Assembly (NCBI GenBank): GCA_050948865.1
Contig: JBMNEQ010000002.1
Span: 200,161-264,160 of the forward strand
Reading direction: 5' to 3'
DNA: 64,000 nt
Source of the DNA: Bacilli bacterium
GTDB taxonomy: Bacteria > Bacillota_I > Bacilli_A > RF39 > UBA660
Positions 48,587 to 57,869 of this stretch are shown in pieces. How positions within the stretch are numbered: position 1 is the stretch's first letter; each line of letters begins with the position of its first letter. The position numbers and the translations under genes are program-made. Below the pieces are notes generated by a model that was given only the letters and a program-made list of their open reading frames with translations, searched no databases and had not been told where the DNA came from.

Positions 48587-50053
48587 TTAAATTCTATTTT
48601 TTTTATATTTTTTAAAATCAATTATTTTTTCTTTTGGTTCTTTAAAAAATGTTTTAGTTAGTTGTTTGGCTTTAATAGTTCTAGAACTTGGATTAATTCG
48701 TTCACAAGTCATTAAAGCTTGAGAAAGATAATCTTTAGTAATATTATCATCATCATTAAATAAAGCAAAAGCATAGGCTTTTCTTAAAATAGATAAAGCT
48801 AAATCAGGATTATGGACAACATCATTATAAGGACGATGTTTTTTCTTAGTAGAATCAATAATAAAATTTAATATCCCTTCTTGATTATTTAAATTAAATT
48901 TAATTTTAGTAGTTTTTTCCAATTTTTTAATGTTTTCTTTTAAAATAGATAAAATTACTTTTTCTTTTGGTTCATCTATATTTATTCGTTCAAATCTTCT
49001 TTTAAAAGCTTGATCAGTTAAAATATATTTTTCATATTCTTCTTTAGTAGTACAACCGATAATCTTAATTAAATCTCGATCTAAATAAGGTTTTAAGATG
49101 TTAGCAAGATCAAGAGATCCAGTTGAAGTTTGCCCAGCTCCAATAGAGGTATGTAGTTCGTCTAAAAATAAAATATTTCTTTTATCAAGGATTAAATAAG
49201 AAAGAAGTGTTTCCACCTTTTTTTCAAATTCTCCTAAATATTTAGTATCACTAACTAAAGAAGAAATATTAACTTTAATTATATTATGATCTTTTAAAAT
49301 ATTCGGGACTTGTTTATTTTTTATTTTATAAGCTAAACCTTCAACGATGGCAGTTTTACCAACACCAGATTCTCCTACTAATAAAGCTGATTTTTCTTTA
49401 GTAAGAAGAGCCAAAATTAAATTATTAATTTCTTTTTCTCGCCCAATTGCCGGATTGCTTTGATATTCATAATTAGTTAAGATTTGAGTTACTATCTTTT
49501 TTTGGTTATTATCTAAAAAATCCAAAGAAGAATCTATTTCTTCAATGCTTTTCATTGTTTTATCATAAATGTTCATATTTAATAATAAAGAATTAATAAT
49601 ATTGGTATCAACTACTGTTTCATCATAAAGATATTCATAAAAATAATCTATTAAAAATTCATCTGGTCCAGCTAAATAATAAAAGTGTTTACTTAATGTA
49701 TAAAAAGCAGTAATTGTTTCTTTGAAGTTTTGATTATAAATAGTTTGATATTCTTTATTAGTAATAACCTTTTCTTCTTGAATTGGTAAATTTAAATGAT
49801 TTTTAATCATTTCATAATTAATTCCTAATTCGTTTAAGTTTTTTTGAATGTTGCTATTTACTTTTAAAAAACTTAAATATAAAGATAAGATTGTTAAATC
49901 ATCTTTTAATAGTTTAAGTTGTTTAGATTTTTCTTTTTCTTTTTTTAATTCAATAAAAATATCTTCTTCTTTAATGTTATTAAAAATTTTCATTGATGTA
50001 AAAATAATTTTTTTTGTTACTCTTGGTAAATCATTTAATTCATTATATTTCAT
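48587..50053 (-). CDS. Clp-like single-module AAA+ ATPase with divergent N-domain
   Basis: IGREKEI, GESGVGKTAIVEGLA, TKYLGEFE, LFLDELH, AFKRRF; no second AAA module. Start moved to 50053 because the upstream part overlaps the 6S RNA. Confidence 0.85.
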   Translation of the reverse strand: MKYNELNDLPRVTKKIIFTSMKIFNNIKEEDIFIELKKEKEKSKQLKLLKDDLTILSLYLSFLKVNSNIQKNLNELGINYEMIKNHLNLPIQEEKVITNKEYQTIYNQNFKETITAFYTLSKHFYYLAGPDEFLIDYFYEYLYDETVVDTNIINSLLLNMNIYDKTMKSIEEIDSSLDFLDNNQKKIVTQILTNYEYQSNPAIGREKEINNLILALLTKEKSALLVGESGVGKTAIVEGLAYKIKNKQVPNILKDHNIIKVNISSLVSDTKYLGEFEKKVETLLSYLILDKRNILFLDELHTSIGAGQTSTGSLDLANILKPYLDRDLIKIIGCTTKEEYEKYILTDQAFKRRFERINIDEPKEKVILSILKENIKKLEKTTKIKFNLNNQEGILNFIIDSTKKKHRPYNDVVHNPDLALSILRKAYAFALFNDDDNITKDYLSQALMTCERINPSSRTIKAKQLTKTFFKEPKEKIIDFKKYKKNRI

Positions 50054-50074
50054 TTTCATCCCCCGTATTGAAAA

Positions 50075-50245
50075 AACCATGAAAGTGATTCTAAAAACGA
50101 TAAAACCTGATTAAATACAGGTGGGCATCTCATTAATACCTTTAGGATTCTTACATCATATGAGTAAGCATTCACACCAGCACTAAATTAGATTCCCTTA
50201 TCGTTGTTTGTAGGTTTTTCTTTTTACGAATCAACAATCATGGTT
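50075..50245 (-). ncRNA. ssrS: 6S RNA
   Basis: AACCATGA/TCATGGTT closing stem; GGGAATCT/AGATGCCC, CCCACCTG..CAGGTT and ATGC motifs resemble B. subtilis 6S-1; lies in the aspS-rarA neighbourhood; promoter TTTACA-17-TATACT at 50280-50252. Confidence 0.8.
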
Positions 50246-50390
50246 AAATTAAGTATAGCATTTTTCTTTATTCTTGTAAATGTTAAAAGTCTTTTTTGTT
50301 AAATAAAAAGGTAAGTTCCCGCCCAACTACCATATGGGAACTTAGTTGTTGAAATAATTTTTTGGATTCCTTTTAAGGAATTTTTTTGTA

Positions 50391-50522
50391 TTTATGCCGA
50401 GAAAACTTTATTATTTTAGGCAATTCGTGTTAGTCGTAAAAGCGAAAGCGTCTATACGCTTTCCACGACAAAATTAACACGAATTGGGTTCCTAAAATCA
50501 TAAAGGAAATTGGAATAAATTT
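50391..50522 (+). other. Conserved structured element (putative ncRNA) upstream of the IS30 transposase
   Basis: Same termini and stem architecture as 1014..1149 (-). Confidence 0.6.
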
Positions 50523-50822
50523 AAATATAAATTAAAACGTTTATAAAAAAGCGTCTAAATACTTGACTTAAATCCAATCTTTATCAGTAATATCATCTGT
50601 AATAGAACTGTTTTTATTAAGAACCTATTTTTTAAATTCCTAATTCATTATATATAACAAACAAGAAACGAGCAAATTCATATCACTTAATAATTTAGGG
50701 ATTTTAACCATCAAACTTAGTTCATCAATTATTAGAAATGAATTTTACTTTGCTATATTTATTAATTAGTTATATTATATTCTATGTTGGTTTATTTGCC
50801 ATTAATGAAAGGAAGTGTCAAA

Positions 50823-52010
50823 ATGGCAAAATCAAGTTACAATCATCTTACTAAAGAACAAAGAGATGTTATAGAAATTTTAATAAGAAAAAACGTTACA
50901 TTTACTGATATTGGAAAAACAATTGAAAAGGATCGCACCACTATTGCTAAAGAAGTAAAAAGAAATAGATACTCTAAATATTCAAACAACAATGAAAACA
51001 CATCAAATTGTCCTAAACTCAATAAAGTTCCATATGTTTGTAATAATTGTTCAGCCAAAGGAGGATGCTCTAAAAAAAAGCTTTACTATAACGCTAAGAT
51101 AGCATACGATTTATATAAACTTAAACTTCGTACAACAAGAGAAGGCATTGATATCACTCCTCAAGAGATTGAAGAAATAGAAGAAATAATAGTTCCACTT
51201 ATAAAAGATAAAAAACAAAGTGTTAACCAAGTATTTGCAAACCACAAAGACATTCTTTGCATGAGCAAAACAACTTTTTATAAGTACATTGATATTAACG
51301 CTTTGTCTTTAACAAATTTAGATTTACCTAAAAAAGTAAAATACAAAAAAAGGAAATTAAATCAACGTAGAAATAGACGTGAATTAGCTATTCTAAAAAA
51401 TAGAACTTATAACGATTATCTGCTTTTCACAACTATACATCCTAGAATGAACGTTGCCCAAATGGATACTGTTATTGGAAAACAAGGTAATTCAAAAGTA
51501 TTATTAACGCTTTTAATTATTAAAACTAAGTTTATGTTGATTTTTTTATTAGATAAAAATAATATAGCATCAGTAGATGATAAATTTGTATTTTTAAAAG
51601 ACACACTTGGTATTAAGTTATACGCTCAAGTTTTACGGATTATTTTGACCGACAATGGAGGAGAATTTTTCAATCCTGATATGATGGAAAGAGATTATAA
51701 AAACAATAAAAAAATATGTAATGTGTTTTATTGTGATCCTTATCAATCAAATCAAAAAGCAGAAATAGAAAAAAATCACTATTACATCAGAAAGGTTTTT
51801 ACTAAAGGAACATCTTTTGAAAATTTGACTGATGAAACAGTGAAGTTTCTTGAGAATAACATAAACAATACTCCAAGAGTAAGTTTAGATAATAAGACAC
51901 CATATGAATTAACTAAAAAACTTTATCCGAATTTTATAAAAAAATTAAATTGCTCTTACATAAAACCTGATAATGTAACATTTAATCTAAGTGATTATAA
52001 AATTAAATAA
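50823..52010 (+). CDS. IS30-family transposase
   Basis: HLTKEQR..IE HTH, TIAKEVKRN, QMDTVIG, LTDNGGEF, FYCDPY..QKAEIE. Confidence 0.93.
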   Translation: MAKSSYNHLTKEQRDVIEILIRKNVTFTDIGKTIEKDRTTIAKEVKRNRYSKYSNNNENTSNCPKLNKVPYVCNNCSAKGGCSKKKLYYNAKIAYDLYKLKLRTTREGIDITPQEIEEIEEIIVPLIKDKKQSVNQVFANHKDILCMSKTTFYKYIDINALSLTNLDLPKKVKYKKRKLNQRRNRRELAILKNRTYNDYLLFTTIHPRMNVAQMDTVIGKQGNSKVLLTLLIIKTKFMLIFLLDKNNIASVDDKFVFLKDTLGIKLYAQVLRIILTDNGGEFFNPDMMERDYKNNKKICNVFYCDPYQSNQKAEIEKNHYYIRKVFTKGTSFENLTDETVKFLENNINNTPRVSLDNKTPYELTKKLYPNFIKKLNCSYIKPDNVTFNLSDYKIK

Positions 52011-52336
52011 AGTTTTCATTGATGATCATTTTGCTTACAAATGATTGTCAACCAATCACTTAAAAATCTACTATAACTTTAAATGATTGGTTGGCAAATA
52101 ATAGCCAACAACAATTCTTTTTTATTATTCCGATACGGGAACTAAGTCTTAAAATGACCAAGTACGTATCCTTTTTTAGCTGCTATAAATTTATAACATC
52201 GAATATATAGTATCATAATATTGAAAAAAAGACCATCTTTTTAGATTTTAAACACTAAAAAAACTCCCACAAACGAGAACTTTGTAACGAAATTATATTT
52301 TAGCATTCAAACGTGAACTTACTTTTTAATTCAACG

Positions 52337-53065
52337 TTAAAAGTCTTTTTTTCTTTTAAATTCTAAAACTTTAGCGGGCCTTTTTTGTTTTGTTTCTTCT
52401 TTATTTAAATAGTCAAATAAAATTCTTTTAAACATTGCTTTTTTATTTATTTTAGGATGATTTTTAATTTTACTGATTAAAGATAAACTTTTTAATTTTT
52501 CATCTTCTATTTCTTGATTATTCGTGTTAAAACTTTCTAAATATTCATTATAAAGATCCATATCTAATAACAAGTTTTCTACAATTTTAGAACCAACTAT
52601 ATCTTTAACATAAAGAGTTTCATATAGAAAATGAAAATAAATACTATCAGTAGGTTTTAAATTTAAAGTGTTGCCATTAGAATATTTTATTTTAGTTAAA
52701 GTGTTTAAAAAAGCTTTATTATATAATTTTTTATAATTTAGATGAGAAGGAAGTTGTTTAGATATTATATTTAGGTGAAAAAAGACATCATTGTAATATA
52801 AACCAATATCATTTAATTTATATTTAATTGGAGAATCAATTTTTAGAAAACTTAAATATAAAGATAGAATAATTTTATCTTGCTTTTTTAATCTAGTATT
52901 TTCCTCTTCTTTTCTTCTAAAAATATCATTATTTTTAATAATAAATTCTTCACTATAATTATCAATAACAATTATATTATCTTTAATTTTAGAATAGATT
53001 CTCATACTTTCAAAAATAAGATCAGCAGTAGTTTTAGGTAATGTTTTTAAATCTTTATATTCCAT
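52337..53065 (-). CDS. Paralog of the N-domain of the 48587..50053 ATPase, without an AAA module
   Basis: Shared LP..T...IF.SM.I, ILSLYLSFLK, YE.LY motifs and a similar C-terminal tail. Confidence 0.75.
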   Translation of the reverse strand: MEYKDLKTLPKTTADLIFESMRIYSKIKDNIIVIDNYSEEFIIKNNDIFRRKEEENTRLKKQDKIILSLYLSFLKIDSPIKYKLNDIGLYYNDVFFHLNIISKQLPSHLNYKKLYNKAFLNTLTKIKYSNGNTLNLKPTDSIYFHFLYETLYVKDIVGSKIVENLLLDMDLYNEYLESFNTNNQEIEDEKLKSLSLISKIKNHPKINKKAMFKRILFDYLNKEETKQKRPAKVLEFKRKKDF

Positions 53066-53112
53066 GCTCTTTCCCCTTTAAAATGTTATTATATAGTAAT
53101 CTGTTAAAAAAT

Positions 53113-53925
53113 TCAAATTTTTTCTTCATCATCATGAAGAAAATGAATAATTTTATCTTTAATTTTATAACTTATTAAAGTTTTTAAATTAACATTTTCA
53201 GTAGAATGAAAAATGTTTAAATTAACCTCTTTATTTTCTTTAATTAAATCTTTAATCAGGTTATTTATCTTTTCTCTTTTATTATCTTTATTAAAATAAG
53301 GACAATTACTTTTAAGAAAAGTTAAATTATTATATTTTTGCCATTTAATAATATCATCTTCGTCGATATAATAAAAAGGTCTTATTAATTCCATATTTTT
53401 AAAATTAGTGCTTTTTAATTTAGGTAAGATAGTTTTAAATTGTCCATTATAAAGAATACTCATAAGAATGGTAGTAGTAACATCATTTAAATGATGGGCT
53501 AAAGCGATTTTATTACAACCTAACTTTTTAGCTTCATTATATAAGTATCCTCTTCGCATTTTAGAACATAAATAACAAGCTGATTTATCTTTTCTTTTTT
53601 CAATGATTTCAAAAATTTTGGTGTTAAAAATTTTAATAGGAATATTAAGTTTTTTTAGATTATCTTTGATTAAGTTTAAGGAACTTTTATCATAACCAGG
53701 ATCCATTACAAGAAATAGTAATTCAAAATTAATTTGTTGGTGTTTTTTTAATTCTTGAAAACATTTAGCTAGTAAAAGACTATCTTTTCCCCCACTGATA
53801 CAAACGGCAATTTTATCATCCTCTTTTATTAAATCAAAATCTTTGATGGCTTTAATAAACTTTAGCCAAATTTCTTTTTTAAATTTTTTAGTAATACTTT
53901 TTTCTATGATCTTAAGATCTTTCAA
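53113..53925 (-). CDS. ttcA: TtcA-family tRNA thiolation PP-loop ATPase
   Basis: ISGGKDS, CYLCSKMRRG.LY, ALAHH..D, LIRP. Confidence 0.85.
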   Translation of the reverse strand: MKDLKIIEKSITKKFKKEIWLKFIKAIKDFDLIKEDDKIAVCISGGKDSLLLAKCFQELKKHQQINFELLFLVMDPGYDKSSLNLIKDNLKKLNIPIKIFNTKIFEIIEKRKDKSACYLCSKMRRGYLYNEAKKLGCNKIALAHHLNDVTTTILMSILYNGQFKTILPKLKSTNFKNMELIRPFYYIDEDDIIKWQKYNNLTFLKSNCPYFNKDNKREKINNLIKDLIKENKEVNLNIFHSTENVNLKTLISYKIKDKIIHFLHDDEEKI

Positions 53926-53974
53926 ATTTATCTTCCTTTCATAAGTAAAAAGTAATTATCTAGTTGATAATTAC

Positions 53975-55780
53975 TTATTCAATTGTAACACTTTTTGCTA
54001 GGTTTTTCGGTTTATCAATATCTCTTTTTAAGTAATCAGCTATATAATAAGCTAGTAATTGTAAAGGAATGATAGTTAAAATAGGAGAAAATAAGGGATT
54101 AAGACAAGGAATAATAATATTTTCTTTATTTGTTTTTATATTTTTATTACTTATAATAATTGTTTTAGCTTCTTTTAATGATATTTCTTGAAGATTATTA
54201 AGGGTTTTTTCAAAAATGATATTATTAGTTATGATTCCTATTACTAAAGTATTTTTATCTATTAAGGCCATTGTTCCATGTTTTAACTCTCCAGCAGGAT
54301 AAGCTTCAGCATGAATATAAGAGATCTCTTTTAATTTTAATGCTCCTTCTAAAGCTGTATAATAATCATTTAAACGTCCTATAAAATAAATATTCTTTAA
54401 GCGATAATACTTTTTAGCAATATCTTTAAGAAGAGGACCTAATTCAAAGATCTTTTCTATTTTTTTGGGTATTTCTTTTAATTCTTTAGTTAAGTCTTTA
54501 GCTTTTTCTTTTTCTATTTTATTTAAAAGAAGTCCCATTTTTATTATTAATAAATAAATAATAATTAATTGAGCACTATAATTTTTAGTTGAAGCAACAG
54601 CAATTTCTGGTCCTGCTCTAGTATAAATAACATCATCTGCTTCTTGGGCAATTGTAGAAGCAATAACATTAACGATCGCTAAAGTATGAGCTTTCTTTTC
54701 TTTAGCTAATCTAAGAGCCCCTAAAGTATCAGCTGTTTCCCCTGATTGACTTAAAACAATTACTAAGGAATTATTATCAACTAAAGGATTAGAATATTTA
54801 AATTCAGAAGCAATATTTATTTCAGTATTAATACCTAATAAATTTTCTCCTAAGTTTTTAAAATTTAAACTAGCATAATATGATGTTCCACATGCCACAA
54901 CATAAATTTTATTTATCTTTTGTAAAAGATCTTTATTTAATTTTAAATCAAAATAAGGTAAATCTTCTTTAATATTTTGATTAATAATACTAGAGATTAC
55001 TTTTGGTTGTTCATAGATTTCTTTTAACATAAAATGCTTAAAACCTTGTTTTTGAGCAGCATCATTATTCCAAGTAATTTTTGATAAGTATTTGTTAATT
55101 TCCTTTAAATTAAAATCATAAAAATTAATATTCCCTGCTGTTTTTAAAACAGCTATTTCTTTATTGCTTAAATAATAAACTTCCTTTGTATAATCAGTAA
55201 TAGCGGGAATATCAGAAGTTAGATATAATTCTTTTGGTTTTAATCCAATAATTAAGGGACTATCATTTCTAAGAGCAAAAATGGTTTCTGGATAATCCTC
55301 ATGGAGAATGGCTAGAGCATAAGAACCTTTTAATTTATTAGAAGTTTTTTTAATCGCTAAAAGAAAATCGTTGTTATCATTATATTCTAATAAATTAGCG
55401 ATTACTTCTGTATCAGTTTCTGATTTAAAAGAAAATCCTTCTTTGATTAATTCTTCTTTTAATTCTTTTTCATTTTCAATGATGCCATTATGAACAATTG
55501 CTATTTTTTTATTTTGACTTAAATGAGGATGAGCATTAATAGTTACTGGCTTTCCATGAGTAGCCCAACGAAGATGACCGATTCCAATATTTACTTTTAT
55601 ATTTCTAGTTAGGAATTTTAACCTTTTTAAAGTTCCACTACTTTTGATAACTTTTATTTTCCCATCTTTAAAGAAGGCTAGACCTGAAGAATCATAATCT
55701 TTATATTCTAGTTTAGATAAACCATTTAGCAAAACCTGGATAGAATTTTTAGGGCCAAGATAGCCTATTATTCCACACAT
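53975..55780 (-). CDS. glmS: Glutamine-fructose-6-phosphate aminotransferase
   Basis: MCGIIG, RWATHG, HNGIIEN, SQSGETAD, LAKSVTIE. Confidence 0.96.
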   Translation of the reverse strand: MCGIIGYLGPKNSIQVLLNGLSKLEYKDYDSSGLAFFKDGKIKVIKSSGTLKRLKFLTRNIKVNIGIGHLRWATHGKPVTINAHPHLSQNKKIAIVHNGIIENEKELKEELIKEGFSFKSETDTEVIANLLEYNDNNDFLLAIKKTSNKLKGSYALAILHEDYPETIFALRNDSPLIIGLKPKELYLTSDIPAITDYTKEVYYLSNKEIAVLKTAGNINFYDFNLKEINKYLSKITWNNDAAQKQGFKHFMLKEIYEQPKVISSIINQNIKEDLPYFDLKLNKDLLQKINKIYVVACGTSYYASLNFKNLGENLLGINTEINIASEFKYSNPLVDNNSLVIVLSQSGETADTLGALRLAKEKKAHTLAIVNVIASTIAQEADDVIYTRAGPEIAVASTKNYSAQLIIIYLLIIKMGLLLNKIEKEKAKDLTKELKEIPKKIEKIFELGPLLKDIAKKYYRLKNIYFIGRLNDYYTALEGALKLKEISYIHAEAYPAGELKHGTMALIDKNTLVIGIITNNIIFEKTLNNLQEISLKEAKTIIISNKNIKTNKENIIIPCLNPLFSPILTIIPLQLLAYYIADYLKRDIDKPKNLAKSVTIE

Positions 55781-55795
55781 AATAAATCCTTTCTA

Positions 55796-55922
55796 TTTTT
55801 ATGTTTAGTTTTGTTTATTTGTCTAAACATTTACGATTACAGTTAGTAACCGGGAAGTATCCGCTGATAATTCGATTAACTTCCTCCTCGTCAATCAATA
55901 AATTATTGATCCAAGCGCTTTT
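55796..55922 (-). ncRNA. glmS ribozyme
   Basis: AGCGCT.GGATC...TGACGAGG...ATCGAA..ATCAGCGGA.ACTTCCCGG core directly upstream of glmS. Confidence 0.9.
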
Positions 55923-56001
55923 AATCTTAATTATATTTTTTATATCACACCCTTTCAATTTAGTGTATAAAATTTAAGGAATCTAAAATACTAATATTGA
56001 G

Positions 56002-56562
56002 GTGATGAAGATGGAACAAGATTTAAAAAGTAAAGAAATTAGTGGTGGACTTATAATTTTAATGATTAGTTTGTTAGGAATGTTATATTTTTGGTATATT
56101 AATGTTAATATTTTTCCTTTAAATTGGTTATTACCAACATCAACTAGTTTATGGGAAGGAGGGAGGCTTTTATTTGTATCTATATTAATATATGGGATTG
56201 TTCAATATTATATTTTTGGTCATGATTATAAAAACTTTTTCTTTGCTAAAACAGCTTCCTTATTTTTAGCACCAATGATTTTTATTGGTGGGAGTTATTT
56301 AATGGATTTATTAGTAGGATCTGTTTTTATGATAACACACTTTTTAATGTTTGTTATAGCAGTTTCTATTGGTCAATGGATTAGTTATACTTTTTTAAAG
56401 ACGGGTTATTATTTTCGTTTTATGAATGGTTATGCTATTTTAGGAATAGTGGTTATGATGATGGTTTTCTTTGCTCATCTTAATAAAACAAAGACTTATC
56501 AAGGACCAATTTTTAAACCAATGTCTAGTTATCAAAAAGATATTTTAAATAATTTTGATTAA
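56002..56562 (+). CDS. Hypothetical multi-TM membrane protein
   Basis: About five hydrophobic segments; SLWE motif. Confidence 0.7.
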   Translation: MMKMEQDLKSKEISGGLIILMISLLGMLYFWYINVNIFPLNWLLPTSTSLWEGGRLLFVSILIYGIVQYYIFGHDYKNFFFAKTASLFLAPMIFIGGSYLMDLLVGSVFMITHFLMFVIAVSIGQWISYTFLKTGYYFRFMNGYAILGIVVMMMVFFAHLNKTKTYQGPIFKPMSSYQKDILNNFD

Positions 56563-57869
56563 GGGGTTAATCTATTTGGCCCTCGGTATAAGAAAGTAAC
56601 TTCTCGAACATTATCTATTTCCAAAAGTTGCATTAAAGTTCTTGTTAGACCTAAACCATATCCTCCATGGGGAGGACAACCATATTTAAAGAAATCTAAA
56701 TAAAAGTTAATTTCTTTTAAAGATAATCCCTTTTCTAAGGCTTGTTTTTTTAAGACATCATAACGATGTTCTCTTTGAGCTCCAGTAGTTATTTCTATTC
56801 CTTTATAAATTAAGTCAAAACTTTTTGTTAATCCTTCTTCATTAAGCATATGATAAAAAGGACGAGGTTCTAAAGGATAATCTATAATATAAACTAATTC
56901 TGATTGATATTTATTTTTAACATAATGACAGATTAATTCTTCTTCTTTTCGATCAATATCTGTTTCTTTAGGACCAATATATTGATACTGATCTTTTATT
57001 ATTTGTTTTACTTCATTAAAAGGAAGACGAGGTATTTTTTTAGGAATATTAACAGTAACATTAAAATATCTTTTTATTTCTTCTTGATGTTTTTCTTTAA
57101 CTTTAGATAATGAATAAATTAAAGTTTCTTCCAAGATATCCATTACTTCATGATGAGAATCAAGCCAAGATATTTCAGCATCAATACTGGTAAATTCAGT
57201 AGCATGATAAGAGGTATGGGATTTTTCAGCCCGAAAAGCTGGAGCAATTTCAAAAACCTTATTAAAATTAGAAGCCATAGCCATTTGTTTATAAAATTGA
57301 GGTGATTGGGCTAAAAAAGCTTCTTTTCCAAAGTAATCTAATTTAAAAACATCAGCCCCTGATTCAGAAGCTGTTCCTAATAATTTAGGAGTAAAAAGTT
57401 CTATATAATCATTTAAAAGCCAATATTCTCTTAAAGCATTAGTAAAGGTTGTTTGAACTTGAAAAATTAAATTCGCTTCTTCTCTTCTTAAATCAAGGAA
57501 GCGATAATCAAGACGAGTTTCTCTTAAGGCTTTAAATTTGTCTTTTAAATTAAGGGGTAATTCTTCTTGATTATAACTAGTGATTTTGATTTCTTTTGCT
57601 AGTAATTCTAATCCATTTAATTTAACTTTGTCATTACTTTTTAAAAGACCTTTAACTTCAATGGTGCTTTCAATTCTTAAAGAAGAAATAAGACTGTTTA
57701 GATCTTTATTTTCTTCATTTTTTTCTAAAGTGATTTGCAATTTATTCCTTTGATTTCTTAAAATAATAAATTGAACATATGGTAAATCGCGAATGGAATC
57801 AATAAAGCCAACGACTATTATTTCTCTTTCTAAATATCTAGGTAAATTTTCTAAAGTTTTAATTTTCAT
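56559..57869 (-). CDS. aspS: Aspartate-tRNA ligase, short archaeal-type (likely non-discriminating)
   Basis: 436 aa, LAQSPQFYKQ, FRAEKSHT.YH, GAQREH, GCPPHGG; no GAD insert. Confidence 0.9.
   Translation of the reverse strand: MKIKTLENLPRYLEREIIVVGFIDSIRDLPYVQFIILRNQRNKLQITLEKNEENKDLNSLISSLRIESTIEVKGLLKSNDKVKLNGLELLAKEIKITSYNQEELPLNLKDKFKALRETRLDYRFLDLRREEANLIFQVQTTFTNALREYWLLNDYIELFTPKLLGTASESGADVFKLDYFGKEAFLAQSPQFYKQMAMASNFNKVFEIAPAFRAEKSHTSYHATEFTSIDAEISWLDSHHEVMDILEETLIYSLSKVKEKHQEEIKRYFNVTVNIPKKIPRLPFNEVKQIIKDQYQYIGPKETDIDRKEEELICHYVKNKYQSELVYIIDYPLEPRPFYHMLNEEGLTKSFDLIYKGIEITTGAQREHRYDVLKKQALEKGLSLKEINFYLDFFKYGCPPHGGYGLGLTRTLMQLLEIDNVREVTFLYRGPNRLTP

Larger units (their letters stand above)
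50298..52335 (+). mobile_element. IS30-family element, 2038 bp, with 16-bp target-site duplication
   Basis: Imperfect IRs GTTAAATAAAAAGGTAAGTTCCCG / GTTGAATTAAAAAGTAAGTTCACG; flanking GTTAAAAGTCTTTTTT at 50282-50297 and 52336-52351. Confidence 0.9.

Noticed and set aside
50054-50080. N-terminal extension MVFSIRG of the Clp-like ATPase
   Set aside because: It overlaps the 6S RNA 3' stem; the downstream ATG has an RBS and aligns with the paralog's start.
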